A stretch of 64,000 nucleotides of DNA, from positions 88,561,313-88,625,312 of the forward strand of contig NC_068990.1 of NCBI RefSeq assembly GCF_001194135.2, in the 5' to 3' direction. Both the position numbers and the translations under genes were made by a program. This document shows, one piece after another, positions 12,342 through 28,500 of this stretch. The notes beneath the pieces are model-generated. The model was not told the origin of the DNA. It was given only the letters and a program-made list of their open reading frames with translations, and made no database searches. How positions within the stretch are numbered: position 1 is the stretch's first letter; each line of letters begins with the position of its first letter. This stretch comes from Octopus bimaculoides (taxonomy: Eukaryota).

Positions 12342-15300
12342 NNNNNNNNNNNNNNNNNNNNNNNNNNNNNNNNNNNNNNNNNNNNNNNNNNNNNNNNNNN
12401 NNNNNNNNNNNNNNNNNNNNNNNNNNNNNNNNNNNNNNNNNNNNNNNNNNNNNNNNNNNNNNNNNNNNNNNNNNNNNNNNNNNNNNNNNNNNNNNNNNNN
12501 NNNNNNNNNNNNNNNNNNNNNNNNTGTGTGTGTGTGTGTGTGTGTGTATTTGTATTTGTATCTATGTGCAAATTACTTCAATTCGGTTCACTGAATATCT
12601 TTTGTCTTAAATGTGTCATTATCTCCTCATTTTCACCCTCTTCCTGACACATACTCACAAATGATATCAATTTCTCTTTTCAATTTCAGCTTTCGCAAAT
12701 ATTAACTGCGGGCTTCCCAAAGATATTGTTGGTACATCAAAGTCCTACAAAACCACTGCATATAAATCTGAAGTACTCTATACTTGCTCAGATGGAGTAC
12801 AACTAAAGTCAATATGTCAAAAAGACAACAAATGGACTCCAGTAACGTCTTCTTGTAAAGGTAACATAAATAGCTTCTCTCCTGTTGTCTCTCTTTAAGT
12901 AATTTTCTTAAATTATTGTGTTAAATGTCTTCACCAAAAGAAGACTGGCTGATTCCATTATTATTTCCAGTGTTTGCAGCTGGTGAGAAGGAGAGGGAAG
13001 TTATCTTCAGACCAGAGACTTCTCCAAATACTTGCAATGTAGTGGATTCCATTGATATTACCATAGAGCCTGATAATACTATTAAATTGAGTGATGGATT
13101 AAGTTTGCTGACCAAGAAATTGAAGTCTAGAGACTTATCACCAGTTAGCTTCCAAAATGTTTCCATCCATTAATTTTCATCCACAATGTTAATATATATG
13201 TTACAGTAGGAAACATTCATATTAACCCAGAGTTGCTCAGGCTGGGCAAGAACCACTTTAATCTCACATATTTAGGAGAGAAGATGACCTGAGAAATTCA
13301 TGGCTAAATGGTTTCTGCCATGGATAGCTTATTAAAACATATAAATATTTTCGAATTGTAATCAATTATGTATTCTTTTGTTCATGACTAAACATAATTA
13401 GAGAAAGAGATTGTGATATTCATGTCTTTCTCAAGGGCACTAAATGTCTATGTAACATGAACTGATCATTGACTCACACCACTCAATCCAAATTTATACT
13501 AAAAGAACAACTATGGAAAAATACTCAGAGTTACTTCCTCTATGGAAAACAAATAGTAAAATAAAGATATTGTGATCAACTGTAATTTTACCGTGATTGA
13601 TCATTAAAATGGATAGTCTAATAAATAAATTCAGAAGAGACAACCTTATAAATATGAATTGCCTTTTTCTTCCTATCACTGAAAGTTTAAGTTTGGTGAA
13701 TTTACTACATATTCATATTTACTACATATTCATATTTATTTACTAGATGAAGATGATAGTCAAATCATTTTAGTTTTCCAAGACAAAACACTATAAAATC
13801 AGTAGAGCGACTAGCCATATTTAGTTATGTACTTTTACATTCTAGGCTCAAATCCCACCAAGATGTACTTCACTTTTCATACTTCTGAGATTGATTAAAC
13901 AAGCACTATTCAAGAACAGAGGTTGATAATTTTTTGTGTATCCTCCCTGCAGGATCTGTAGCCTTGTGTTTAAGTTAGGAACCATTATCATTAATATTGG
14001 AGACTTCAACAATGATTATGATTATTCTTGATAATAAGGGTAATGTATTGACAGAATCATTCAAGCATCAGACAAAATATGTTGTGGTATTTGTTCTGGC
14101 AATTTTATTTCTTAGTTTAAATCTCGTTGATGTGAACTTTGCCCATTTTAAGTTAATAAAATAAGACATCAGTCAAGTGTAGGGACTAATTTAATTGACC
14201 AGTACTTACCTAAAGATTTGGCTTACTTTTTATGTTAGAAATTATTGTAATTGTTGTTATTTTTCATTAGCCTAAATTTTGCTTTAACTTTAGATCCTCA
14301 GCTCCATTTTGTGAAAATAAAAGATGCTGCTCTGGATGTACCTGGGAAAACATTGTTGGATAAGGAAGATGTAACAGCAGATGAATGTGCAGAAAAATGT
14401 CTGTCTGATGAAAGCTGTTTATCATTTGAAATAAATAAAAAAAATAGAAAATGTTACTTATCAGAGAAATCTGCAGCTACCTCCAAGAAATTAAAGGCAG
14501 ACAAAGACAAAGATTACTACCATCGATTAAAGCGTAATTATTCTTTGTATTTTATTATTGGAATTCTCTTTTCCATTATTTCTGAAATTTGTGATTCCAT
14601 TTGTACTTTCAAACCATATAGACCCCAATTTCTGTAAAGACATTAACAGGTTTACCTATAAGGCCAGATATACACACATTCTAGAAATAAGCAATATTAA
14701 GAAATGTAAATACTGTTAAGATATTCTCATACAACTTTTATTCACCTTGAACAAGATTTTGCAACCTTCATTCTCAGTGAATCTTTCTGGTATTTGGTCA
14801 TACCACGTTTTTGGTCTTTATGGGCCATAATTTCCACAAAGCTCCCAATGTATCATTCTTGCCACATAGTTATGTCCTTTGTATTTGCATTGGGCTAATT
14901 TCAGGCTTTCACTAACAATGCACCGTATTGTTTAACCCTCTCACTACACATTCTGCATTTGTCACTTTCAGTTGTGTTGTCAGTTCTGTACTTCACATTG
15001 TTTGTCCTCAATGCTTGTTCTAGTGCCATGCATATGAGTGCTTTGGTTTCTATCTTCTGGTCACTCCTCCACATCCAGAACAACTGGTCTTCTGTAACTG
15101 TCTTCGAGGAATTTGTATATTTTGCAAACTGACTATACATTTTGCCCCATGCTATTTCATTTTCTTCTTTTTTTTTTGTATTCTTTTCCTCTTTATGTTT
15201 CTTCCTTTACACTATTATCACTTTTGATGATGCCAAACTTCACATATTTCAGCAATGGTTTTATTGCATTTTTTACATACCACCCCAAGAGTTGTTTTCC

Positions 15301-18300
15301 TCTACTTCAACAAAATCCTGACAACTGATCAAACATCTCCCATTATTATTATTATCATCTTTCAGCATAAGATACATTTCTAAGAATGAATACGTATTCT
15401 TGTGCACCAGGACACATATGTAAAAGCTCACCTGTATGTTTCAGTTGGAGGTAATCCATTTGTACATCTGTCTTCTGATGATCTGTTTTTCTTTAAGACT
15501 GAATGGCCATAGCTAGCACATGATATGTTTAAGGTATTGTCAACCCTACAAATATACACCATGAGAGGAGATGTGTACAAATATATTGTCTGCACCCTAT
15601 GTATTGAGACAAGCTTTTAAAAGAAGTTAGAAAAATGTTCTATAACATAGATGAAGTCTGATTAAGATATCATTTTGTAGATCAGTTATTAGTTTATTAA
15701 TAGAACATCAAATTAAAAAATCATGCACCACATGCTTTTCAATATTCAATATATGTGTGTGATGCATGTGATGTGTATTTGGGATTAAGTTGGTGGATGA
15801 CTATAAAATATATTTCTTGTGTTTTTCTTCCCTTCCAGTTGATGACAAGCCTTTCATGATGAAAAAAGTTAGCATACCAAAGAAAACTAAGATAGAAGAG
15901 CTTCAGGATATGAAATTAAAGGAGTGTGACGAAGCTTGCAGTCAATATGCAGGATGTAACTCTTATCAGTACAATAAGAAAAAGAAGATATGTGATCTGA
16001 GTAATGTGACTCAGTTGAGTGATGAACTTAAACCCAACAATGGAAGCTGGGACATATACATAGTTAACCCAGGTTAGTAGAATGTTTCCACCTTATTTGT
16101 TGCATGCATGTCTGTGTGCATTTATATACACACATATGTATGTGTGTATGTAAGGCAGATGTTAAAGGATGATCATGATATCAAGGGTTTATATACAGGG
16201 ATTTCACATAACGAAGGACTTTGTATAATCAAACACTTCCTAGACCTTCGACCTAACCCCCAACCTGACACCTCCACACTTCTTTGTCTGGCTGAACTTG
16301 TTCTCTCCCTCAACTGCTTCTCATTCATGGGGTATTTTTATTAACAATTCTTGGGAGTGGCCATGGGAATGAGAATGGGCCCTATCTATGCGAACCTATT
16401 TGTTGGTTATACTGAGGCCCAAATATTCTCACAATTCACTGGTCCCACTCCCGAACTATATGGTTACTATATTGATGACTGTATCAGTGCAACCTCACAC
16501 TCCTGCAAACAACTAGACTCTTTCTTCTCTTTTGTCTAATCCTTCCATCCTGCCCTCAAATTCTCCTGCACAATTTCCAACACTTCCGTTGCATTTCTCA
16601 ACATTTCAATCAACATACACCACTCTGCTCTCACTACCTCTATCCACTACAAACACACCGACTCACACTCATAGCTTAACTTCTCCTCCCACCCTATCCA
16701 CACCAAGCTCTCCATCCCTTTCTCCCAATTAGCTCCACTCATAGCTTTCCACTTCATCCTTCATAGATATCCCCTCACCACTATCCATACAGCCCTTGTC
16801 AGAGTACATTCTGTGGACCATACCTCTGCTTTCTCACCCCACACCTACCCTGCCGTTGCCTGTTTCTTTTTCACTTTGCTTCTCTCTATATATCTCTCTC
16901 TAGCTCTAAGATTTATAACTTATTTTATTATTTTATATTTATATATTTTACATTTTTTCCTATTTATTGTTGTCCATTTTAGTTATTCCTTTCTCTTTTC
17001 ATTGATTACAGGCCTCTTTTTTTTTTTTACTCCTCTCCTTTCTGTCTGTTTTTTTTTTCAGGCATTTGCTCTCTATCTACTTCTCTCAGCATACTTCTAA
17101 CAACTGTACAACTTCACACGTTTGATCTCTAATATAATGCAATGAAATTTTCCCTTGATGATCTGTTTGTGGTTTGGCATCCAGTTGTGCTTGGAACATT
17201 CAATTTAAGTAACCACAATAGTTAAGTGTACAAGGGGAAAAAATGATATAAAATTGTGTTTATCATAATTTCTCCTACATTTGCCCTGTGTATCATAACC
17301 AGTTTACTATGCTGTGTGTATGAAAATGATTCATTTTATTTTAGTTAATATCTTTTATTCTAAATATGTAATTATCTCCTCATTCTCCCCTTCTTTCTAA
17401 CATATACTCACAATTGACATCACTTTCTTTTATCAATTACAGTTATCACAAAAATTAACTGTGGACCACCAAAAGATGTTGTTGGTGCATCTAAATCCTA
17501 CAATACTACTACCTATAAATCTGAAGTGATCTATACTTGTCAAAAAGGAGGAATATTAAAAGCAACATGTAAAGAGAACAGGAAATGGGCTCCAGTAGTA
17601 TCTTGTAAAGGTAATGTAAATAGGGTGTTTCTTTTTGACTCTGTCTCGGTAATTTTGTTTTAGCTTTAAGTTCCAAGTTTATGTCAGAGGAAGTCTGACT
17701 TTGTCCGTGACAATTTCCTTTGTGTTTGTGATCGGTAGGAGGGTGAGAGCTAGTTATCCTCAGACCAGAGATTTTCCTAAATGCTTGCAACACAATTTAT
17801 TTCATTAAAGATATTTAAGAGCCAGGTAATGGTAATAATTTGGTTGATGAGTTAAGTCTTCACCAAAGAACAGAAAGTAACGAAGAGCGTTCTCTCCTTC
17901 AGGCTTCTGCTAGTCTCTATCCACTAAACTTCATCTACAATGTTTAGTTGTGAATCAGAATTTTAGCAACACAGCCACAAGTCTACAGAATATGACATTC
18001 TTAAGTACACTTATTACTTCCAGGAATATACCTCAGCTCAGTTTTGGAGTTTTTCTCTTAATTTTTAATTTAACTTTTCTCATCCAATCTTTATTTCATC
18101 CTCTGAAACACTGTACAATACAATGCACTGAATTTTTATTTACTAGAATTCAACAATCATGCAAGACATCCATTCCACCATCCTAAATCGTAATGAGACA
18201 AATAATAAAAGTGGTTTCTGATGGCAAAAGAGTCAGTACTTTTCTATAGAAAAATGCTAGTCATTATCCTTACATCCAATGCTTGGCTGCTGTTTTGTGT

Positions 18301-21300
18301 TGTTGACCCACCCCCTTACAAGAATGAAAGGTAAAGTTAGCATCGGCTGGATTTCAACTGCAAACATGAAAATGCTGAATACATTCCATAAAAAAATCTC
18401 TTCCAAAGCTTTAATTAGTATACATGTATATATTTAATATAAAAATGAGAATGATGATGTGATTTTCTAGAGTGTTGAAGAATCTTTATCTAAAACTAAT
18501 TGAAGAAACCCACTGTCAAAGACCACCATGAACTCCAAGAAGTGCCCTCTCCATTTAATATTCTTTGACCAACAGGTTTTATGCACTGTGGGACCCATTC
18601 ACCCTCAAGTCACTTTCAATAATTTTCTTTGAGGAGAATATCTTCCCATCCACCCTCATCTTCTTTACAAGTGAAACTTTAAAAATACAGATTAGGGATT
18701 GACTAAAGAAGAAAGTCCCCATTGTCAGACCCTTGAACCACATCCATCACCTAACTTCTTTTGCTATAGCTAGCAGACAGAGGAAAAGGAACTTTTCTGC
18801 TTGGTTAAAGGAGGATGTGAGGCAATCATAATGATGGACTTGAATGACAGCTGGATCTGTCTCACACATGATATCTGCTGTTTGACATGAATTTACGAGT
18901 CAATAATGCCTGGACACTGAACAAGTGCATATAAAATTAATTTGTTCTACTGTGAACATCTTGAACAGCACTGCCTGTTAGAACTTCTATGACTACATTT
19001 TATTTTGGTTTCATAGACCAATTTGATAACACTACCAAGGGCTCCAGAAAGTTTCCCATAGTATTCCATGGTCAAGAAGTTTTTTGAAACAAACTTCCTA
19101 CCTTATTCTCATCAAACCCCAGAATATCCCTGAGAATATCAATGATCTTCCCCTCAGTTAATCTTCTATAGATTACATTGCCCAAGTTTTTGTTCATTTT
19201 TCTTCATTAGAAATTATTGATGTTGTTTTTGTTGTTTACATTTATCTCAATCTTACTTTAATTCCAGTTACTAAGAGCAAATTTTTGAAAGTAAAAAGTG
19301 CAATGTTGGATGTACCTGGAAAAACTTTGTGGAGAAAGAAAAATGTAACAGCAGAAGCCTGTGTAGAAAAATGTTCATCTGACACAAATTGTTTATCATT
19401 TGAAATAACTAAAGGAAGTGGAAGATGTTACTTATCGAAGGCAACTGCAGCTTCCAACAAGAAAATAAAAGAAGCCAACAGAGATTACTACCAACGAGTA
19501 GATCGTAATTATTCTTTGTGTTTCTCTTTACCTCATTTTCTGAAATTTGTGATCCATTTGTACTTTGTAGTTTATAGAAAACCATTTCTGTAAAGACATT
19601 GATAGATTTATCTCTAGGGACAAACATAAACACATTCGTGAAATAAGAAATTTTGGGAACTATAAATACTATTAAGTCATTCTCATAGAGCATTTGTTTA
19701 TCTTGAACACTTTTCTGCAATATGTTTTCAATCATTTCAAAAATAGGTATTTTAGACACATCTTGCAGTATTACAAGGTGTTAGCTGGAATTGGATTTAG
19801 TAAGAAGTCAATAAAAAATTAGCATTCTCCACCTCCATAGTTGAAGGCTGTAAGAAAGAAGAAATGTGAAGTGATTTTTTAGTCACAGACCTGCATTATT
19901 ATTAGGAGTTTTACAAAACATCTATATCAACCAACGAAATGGTGCAGGTGCTGAACATTGTGCGGGGACCCAATCACTAGGACCTGCTCTGCTCTGTGAG
20001 CTGTATTTCCACCTACCAAACATGCTCCCTTCACATTTAGAAATCAGTTCGTCTTGATGCAGCTGTACTCATCCATATGCATCACATAAACATACCAGTG
20101 CAGCCCTCTCTCTTGTACACATCTGATGCCTTGTATACCCAACTTTTCTCTCAGATCACTTGCACTCTGTTGTACATGAACACTAACGTTACCCATCCTG
20201 CAGAGCATGCTGGCTTCATTTCTTTCAAGCTTTCACGCATTCTCAGATGTCACAGCCCATGTCTCACTGCCATGTAACATAGCTGTTCATACACAGGCAC
20301 CATACAATCTATCTTTCCCACTGAGGAAGAGGCCTTGTGTTACTAACAGAGGTAGTAACTCTCAGAATTTTGCCCAGTCCAATCTTTTTCTTGCAACTAT
20401 GCATTCAAAACTACTTCCTCCGCTGCTAACTTTGTGACCTAAGTAATGTAGATAATACATTTGTACACCCCTCTTCTGATGGTGTGCTTTTGCTTAAGAT
20501 TAAAGGATCATCTTTTGAACTATGTTTAGATTCGACAAAAGCACACCATTAGAAAATAAGGCACAAATGGATTACATGCAACTTAAATTTTGAAACAATG
20601 TTTCAAATGAGCCTCAAGATGTTCTACATTCACATTAATTCTGACTTAATTGTCATTTTGTGCATCAATTATTTGTTTATAATACAGGCATGTCCAACCC
20701 ATGCCTGCATGGAAAACGAATGTAAAATGTTTATGATGATGATAACCATTTAAAACAAATTATGCAACAGATGTTATATAATATTTAATATGTGTGTGAA
20801 TATAAAATGTCTTTCTTTCATTTCTTCTTTATCTAGCCGATGATGATGTTTTTACATTTAAAAGAACTGCCATACCAGGGCATGATTCACCTGATCGGAT
20901 TAAAGGAATCAGTTTAAAGGAGTGTGATCGTGCTTGTCTTCAAATTCCAGGATGTAAATCTTATGAGTATCATGAAAAAAAAAAATTCTGTAATCCATCT
21001 AATGAGACTCACCTGACTTATGACCTTAAACCCAACAAAGATGGATGGGATATACATATCATGAACCCAGGTCAGTGGAGTGTAATTCATTTATTTCACG
21101 TATCTGTATGCATGTGTGTGACAGTTTGTTTATAAAACACACATACAGATGTAGATCAGTTTAAAGGAATCCTGTAGCTTGTTAGCATCCTGTAGCTTGT
21201 TAGCATCAAATTCCACGTTGAGTACTGATGCAAATATCAAGTGTGTTATGAAATAAATACACATATGAGTTTTTCTACTTTGGAAATGTGCTGTATTTAA

Positions 21301-24300
21301 CTGCATTTGTTCATTATTATTATTGATATGGCAGTTTGACCAAGGGAGCCCAACAGAGTAAGAACCAGATTTAAAAATGGGTACTGGATTCAGTTTATGT
21401 GTGTGTAACATAATCCCAAATTTAAAAGAGTGGGATAGGTAATATGTAAGCTACATACATTTCTTAACTAGCTGAAGTTCATTACGTAAGTATTATGTAA
21501 CAAACTATTTACTTATATAAATTGGAAGACAACACACTAGAAGTCCACTGCAATCTATACTTAACATTTTTTAAAAAGACTTTTAATGCCTGAATACATA
21601 CCCCCTTATTCTCCAGAATGACACCAATTTTTTCTTTTCTCTTTCCATTCCTTTTCTTTCTCCTTTTCTTCCTACTCTTTGACCCTTAACCACACCCACT
21701 CTATCCATTATTTCAGTTCCACCTTACACCAAAACATTCAGTGCTTTTTTAAACTTGCTTTCTTTGTTTTGTTTTGTTTTTTGTTATTGACTTTACTATC
21801 CATTTAGAATTCCTCAGCAATGCAAATTTCACTGAGAACCTTTGAATGTCATATATTGAATAGTTTCTCTCAGACAGCACCTGGGAAACAAAAGCAACAA
21901 GAATAAATACATAAACCTAGTACTGAAAAGCAAAGAGAACAGTATCATGTATCTCAGCAGTGATCTCTGCAAGAAGCAATCTCTTCATAACCCAAAAGAA
22001 TCTGACTAACATACTTCAAAGAAGTCCCAGATGTGAAGCACACAGCACACCAAAAAAAAAAAAGGCTATGCTTGTGTGTATTTCTTGAAGACTTAAAGAA
22101 GACAGAAATATTGACATGAAATGCAGCCTTCTTGGACTCATGACCACTACATAATGTCACACTTCAAAGCTTATTTGTTTGCTATATGTACTGAATACAC
22201 CTCTATCCAAAGGCTGTATGGCCCTCATAAGACATTCATCTCTTAGCTTGCTTAGTGACTATAAAATCAAAGAGCATGTGACCATGATTAAGGCTTTCTC
22301 TAAGTTGATCAATGCTAAATAACATCACACTTCGAAGCCAAGAGAAGGTGATTGATACAAAATACCCAATAAATAAAAGAAGCAGGGAAGCCATTGGAAA
22401 CTCAACGTGCAACAAGACATGTCAATTATGTCATATTTCTGTGGAAAACATCACAAATCTGATCAACAATTAACCAAAAATGTCAACAATGTACTATTTC
22501 CTAATGTGACATGATGTTGTAACTAACACAATATATAATGCTATCTGAAAACAAGAATGTTCCTGGATGACTACTGAGGATCCCTCTATAATCAAATATA
22601 TGCACAAGCATCAATACAAGGAGAATTGCTGGAACATTACCTTCAAAATTTCTAGCAAACTAGATAGTGCTGTTTGAGAGGGATAAGAAAAAGCATGTAC
22701 AGTTATAGACATCAGCTGCCTCACTCGTGAACATCTCTTCAAAAAATTAAAGCGAAAGTGAATAACTATGAACAACTGGTTTGAAACTTCAGCTTTTATA
22801 CCTATCCTGACTACAAATTCACATTTATACCATTCATAACTGGTGCAATTGGTCTTGTGAATAAATGCCTACATGAGATTCTAGATGAGTTACAGTTTTC
22901 AGAAGAAAGAAATCAACCAGCTAATACACATGTTACAAATATAATCTGGAAGTGGAACAGTGAAAATATGCAAGACGTTCATAAAGTTCAGAATATAAAT
23001 TTGTTTTCATCTCCATTCCAACAATGGAGCTTTGTATGTTCCTAGGAACCAGCTTCTTCCTTACAGGAAGTCTTCACATAATTAAGAATAGTAGAAAACT
23101 ACAAATATACACGTGTTTCTATGTGTGAGCAAATTTCTTCTATTTGATTCATGCAATATGTTTTATTCTAACATTGTTATTATCTCCTTATTGTCACCCT
23201 TCTCCTAACATGTACACATCATTGATATCAATTTTTGTTTTCAATTCCAGTTTACAGCAAAATAAAATGTGGACGACCAAGAGACATTGCTGGTGTATTG
23301 ATGTCCTACAATTCCACCACCTATAGATCTGAAGTGACCTACACATGTCCAGACAGAGAAGAACTGAAGTCAAAATGTGAAAAGGACCGAAAATGGACTT
23401 CAGTAGACTCTGTTTGTGAAGGTAAGGCAAATAGCTTCCTTCTTGCGGTTTCTGTCTATGTAATTTTGTTTCACCTTGTGCTAAATGTCTTAGTCAGAGG
23501 AGGGCTGGCTCACTCTATAGCAATTTCCACAGTGATTGTGGATGGTAGGAGGGAGAAAGGAAGCTGTCCTCAGATCAGGGAACTCATCAAACAGAGTAGA
23601 CATCATTTATTCTACCCAAGGGCCAGGTATTAAATTGGATGATGGATTAAGTCTGCCAGCCAAATAGGATAAGTGTGGAAGTTTCTTCCCCCAGCAAGTT
23701 TCCACGTAACTTTCATCTACCAAATTTCGTCCTCAGTTGTAGAGCAAATTTTTAACCAAAAAACCAAGACTAGTAACTCTTCCATGTTGAAAGAACAAGC
23801 TGTTCAGCATGAGTACCAATATCTTATCACCAAAAATGCTGTGGTGAGAATTGTACATATTGGGTATAAGAACAGTATTACCCAAATAAATATTTGGATA
23901 CAGTTATCTAGAATAACCCTTCATAGAATTATTGATGAATAACCCTTCATACATACATACAGTGTGGGATATATAACACACTGCCTAGGTGCCAAGCTTG
24001 GGAAATTAGGCTTCTCAAAACCAGAAACGAGAAAGCTGATTCAAAGACAACAGATCCAATCCATCACTGGAACTGTAAAAATTTGTAAAACTTTTCAGAA
24101 GTTTATCATTTAAGTATATATGAGAATGTCTAGATATGGAACTATATGCATGAGATTGTACACATAAAACAAAACATACAAGTCTGCACATATACATACA
24201 TACCCTACTGTTGATGTTGAAATTCCAATGAAGGAATTTTTAATCAAGCAGTTATACATTCAGAATATCTTCCTTCACTGCTAATTAGGTCACCCATGTA

Positions 24301-25540
24301 ACAGACACTGTCTACAACTTTTAGGGAGTCTCCTGAAAAATCCAATTCCTGTGCGTTCTTAATGTTTATTGTTCCTGCACATCTGACACTTAAAAAGACC
24401 ATTTTCTCTGTTAAACTACCTGTAATTACACTGCACTTCTGATGTGTGCATATCTTACACTGAGTACACCATATGGAATTCCAACCAACACCTACTTATT
24501 TAGCAGGGCACACACATAAAATAGATGCAACATAGATGTCAATTTCTGTTTTCAATTTCAGTTTTTAAACACATTGACTGTGGAAATCCAAAAGACATTG
24601 CTGGTGCAACAAAGTCCTATGACACCACCACCTATAAATCTGAAGTGACCTATACTTGCCCAGAGGGAGAAAAACTAAAGTCAACATGTGAAAAGGACAA
24701 CAAATGGACTCCAATTGTGGAAACCTGTAACGGTAACATAAGTAGCTTCTTTCTTGTGCAATTTTGTTTTAGTTTTGTGTTAAATGTGTTTGTCATAGGA
24801 AGACTGACTGAATACATTGCAAGTTCCTCAGTGGTTGTGGTTGTTGGTGGGGGAGAACTAGTTATCCTCAGACCAGAGATCTCACAAATGCTTACAACAA
24901 TGTGGACATAGTCAATTCCACTCAAGGCCAGGTAATGGTATTAAACTGGATGATGGATTAAGTCCACCAACCAAGAGCTGGAACTATGGACAGTTTTTTC
25001 TCTCTTACTCTCTTCCACATTGTTCACATCCACCAAATTTCTTCTTCAAGTCTTAGCTGTGAAGTGAATTTTTAACCATGCAGAAATAACTCTACCTTAT
25101 ACCTTATGTTTGACAAGTAAACTTATTACTTCCATAGCTATACTACAGCACATTTTGATAGATTTTCTCTTAACTTCTAACAGGAAATTTCTTTGCCATA
25201 CTTTGTGCTATCATCCAGAACTCTGTAAATATAATGTCTGAGTTTTTCTTTACTAGAATGTAGCAATCCCCTGATACAGACTTCTGATGCCCTTGTTATC
25301 TTTCAGTCAACTACCTATAATTATACTACTACTAATAACAACAATGGTTTCTGATTTAGGCACAAAGCAGTAGTTTTTAATGGATTGCATTTAGCCAAAA
25401 CCATGACCATTGCTAATTGCCTGGCACATTGTTTTATTCAACCGCGCAAGATTGAAAGCTCTTGGTTTAATTTGAACTGATGGACAAAAGAGCCTGATTA
25501 CTTATTGTAATGCATTTCTTGTAATACTCTAATTAGTACC

Positions 25541-25576
<36 letters not shown>

Positions 25577-28500
25577 AATGAACAACATTATCATTATTAA
25601 CATCATTATTTAGCACCTGTTTTCTATGCTGGCATGGGTTGGACAGTTTGATAGTGTCCAGTGAACTGAAGAGCTGCATTAAGCCCAATGTTATCTTTGA
25701 CATGGTTTCAATGGCTGAATACCATTCCTCAGACTAACCACTATAGAGTGTGTACTGGGTCCCTTTCCTTGGTACTAGTAAGGTCACCAATAACTTGCAG
25801 GACAAAATTAAAAAAAGGGAAAGCAAAAAGACCCCTCAGCTGAGTGAGAGTGTATTTGAGAGAGTGGGAGGTAGATTTGTGCCATGTATTTAAGGCTAAG
25901 GTATGATAGAGTGACAAGCATAGGTATCTTACTATAGAGGAGATACACAGCTACTCTATATTACATGCTGATGGGTAAGAGCAGGAGTGTCAAACTTAAT
26001 CACACATGGGACCAAAACTCAAAGCACACTTTAGGTCGCAGGCCGAACATGATAAACATCTATTGAACAGACTAAAACTTTATGAACATGAACATGTATT
26101 GAAACAGATGGTATATAATTTTATTCCAAAAGTAAATTAACTTTAATTTAAATTACTTAAAATATTTTACTCTGCATGAAAATATCTTTTGTCAAAATTA
26201 TAAAAATTTAAAATAAGAATAAGTTGCAAAAAAAAACAAAAAGAAAATATAAATAAAATATGTGCTTCTTAGTGAAAATTAAAATAATAAATCAAAACTT
26301 TCAATTTTCTTTACCCAATTCTGTCCAAGCTACATACTTGGCATCTTTTCTTGGCAACATGTTCATTGATGTTTGGGGCAAGGTTCTGTGTTGTTGAGAC
26401 TCTTGGGATGGATTGCAAGTGTTCATCTGTGAGATGACTCCTATGTGACGTTTTATTCATCTTCATCACAGAGAACAGCTGTTAGCACAGATATGTGCTT
26501 CCAAACAAAACAGCGTTCAAGCTACATGTAAATGGAGCTGGGGCATTGCTTTGGGTATGAAGCAAGTGAACTGTACGGGTCCCACAGTGTCATACTTTGT
26601 TTTTAATGTCCCATTACACTGCAGTTCTATCAGCTCCATTTGAATCTGTACAAGTGCAGTTTCCACATTCACAGCAAATGGGTTGCGAAGCAGCTTGAAA
26701 TTATTTTTCCTTGCTTCAAAGTCACTAAAGCACCATGAGAATTCAGTGTGAAGCACTCTCAATTTGTCTGCAAAGTGTTGCTTTGGGAACACCGTAGCAC
26801 TGACTTGGCTCAACATTACTTGGCAACAGGGAAAGTGAGACAAATCTTTGAAAAACATTGGATGGACGAAATGAAAATGTGTCTAGTTTTAAGAACACTA
26901 GTGACAGCAGAGCATGAGAAGTATAGTAACTTCATACTGCCAAAAGAAGTATCCAACATAAATTTCACCAACACAGTTCACATTTTGGTTGTGAAATTCA
27001 GAAAAGAAAGCCTTGTGAAGGTAATCACTTACTTTTTTTCATCTCATTAAAAGTAAAATCACTAGATGATGATGGATGCTATTCCAAGCAAAACTTTGCT
27101 AAATAGTAAAGTGGTAAGTTACATCCTTTTACATTCTCAGTTCAAATCCAAACAAGATGTGCTTCAGCTTTTATAATTCTGAGTTTGATAAAACAGGTAT
27201 TAGTCAAGTTCTGAGGTTGATTTATTTTCATTTATATTTACTGCTCAATGTGTGGCCTTGATTATGTGTTAGGAACCATTATCATTAATATTGTTACCAT
27301 CAATAATAATTATAATTATTTTTGTTGTTAAGGGTAATAGGTTGACATAATCATTTGAGCCTCAGACACACTGTGTTGTAGCATTTGTTCTGGTTCATTA
27401 GCTTCAGAGTTCAAATGCTGCTGATGTTAACTTTACTCTTCCAGGGCCAATGAAATATGATACTAATCAAATGTAGAAGGAAATTTCATTCATCAATTCC
27501 TACGTCAGTTTTGTCTTAATTTCTATGATGGAATATCATTTATTTTGTTGTAGGTGTTATTGTTTATTGGTTTCAATTTTGTTTTAATTCTAGATCCTCA
27601 GATCCATTTTGTGAAAGTAAAAGGTGCAGCTCTTGATGTACCAGGGAAATTATTGTGGAAGAAAAAAAAAGTAACAGCAAAAGCCTGTGCAGAAAAATGT
27701 TTGTCAGACAAAAAATGTTTATCATTTGAAATAAATACAGAAAATGGAAAATGTTTCTTATCAAAGCAAACTGCAAGTTCCTCCAAGAAAATAAAGAAAG
27801 TCAAGAACAAAGATTACTACCAACGAGTAAAATGTAATTATTCTTAGTATTTTATTAATGAAATTATCCTCTTCTCTTCTTCTGAAATTTGGGATTGCAT
27901 TTGAATTTCTTGGATGTCACATTCATTGAAAGCATGTGAAATAACATGGAAAAGAAAAAAAAACCTACGAAACAAAACTCCATTGCTGGAAAACTCACAC
28001 TCCCTCAGTGAGCCAACAGGTCATGGGTACTCTAGTAATATAATATAAATATATAAACAAAATCACAAATGTAAATGTTTCCTAACTTTCATCTAATTTG
28101 GTTTTACATTCAGATTAATTGCTATTTTTTTTTTTCTTTATTTCAGTTGTTTTTCCACAGATGTATATTTTTATTATGTTTGAGAAATTTATTATGATTA
28201 GGAGTGTGCTGCAAAGCACCAATTACAACTGATGAAGTGACTGAGCTGCAGTGTAGAGCAGAAATAAACAGGATTGGATCTGCGCACAATTAAAAGAGAG
28301 GTGTACAAATGTATTATCTGCAGCCTTACTATAGAGACAAAGTTTCAAATAAGTCCGAAGATGTTCTACAAATCATATGCATTCTGATTAGAGTGTCCTT
28401 TTGCAGATCAATTATTTGTTTATAATAAATTGGCCATTTACAAAATTATGCACCACATGCTTTACAAAATTTAACATATTGTTAGGAAATGTGTGTGCGT

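Larger units (their letters stand above)
907..20836 (+). repeat. Higher-order segmental repeat unit 1 (13 exons, ~19.9 kb)
   Basis: Exon order Ba Sa Sb Aa Bb Sc Ab Bc Sd Ac Bd Se Ad, with homologous intron flanks recurring in later units. Confidence 0.88.

Noticed and set aside
23170-23560. Pairing between the CU-rich box upstream and the GA-rich box downstream of Sushi exons
   Set aside because: Only low-complexity purine/pyrimidine complementarity; I could not find a specific conserved helix.
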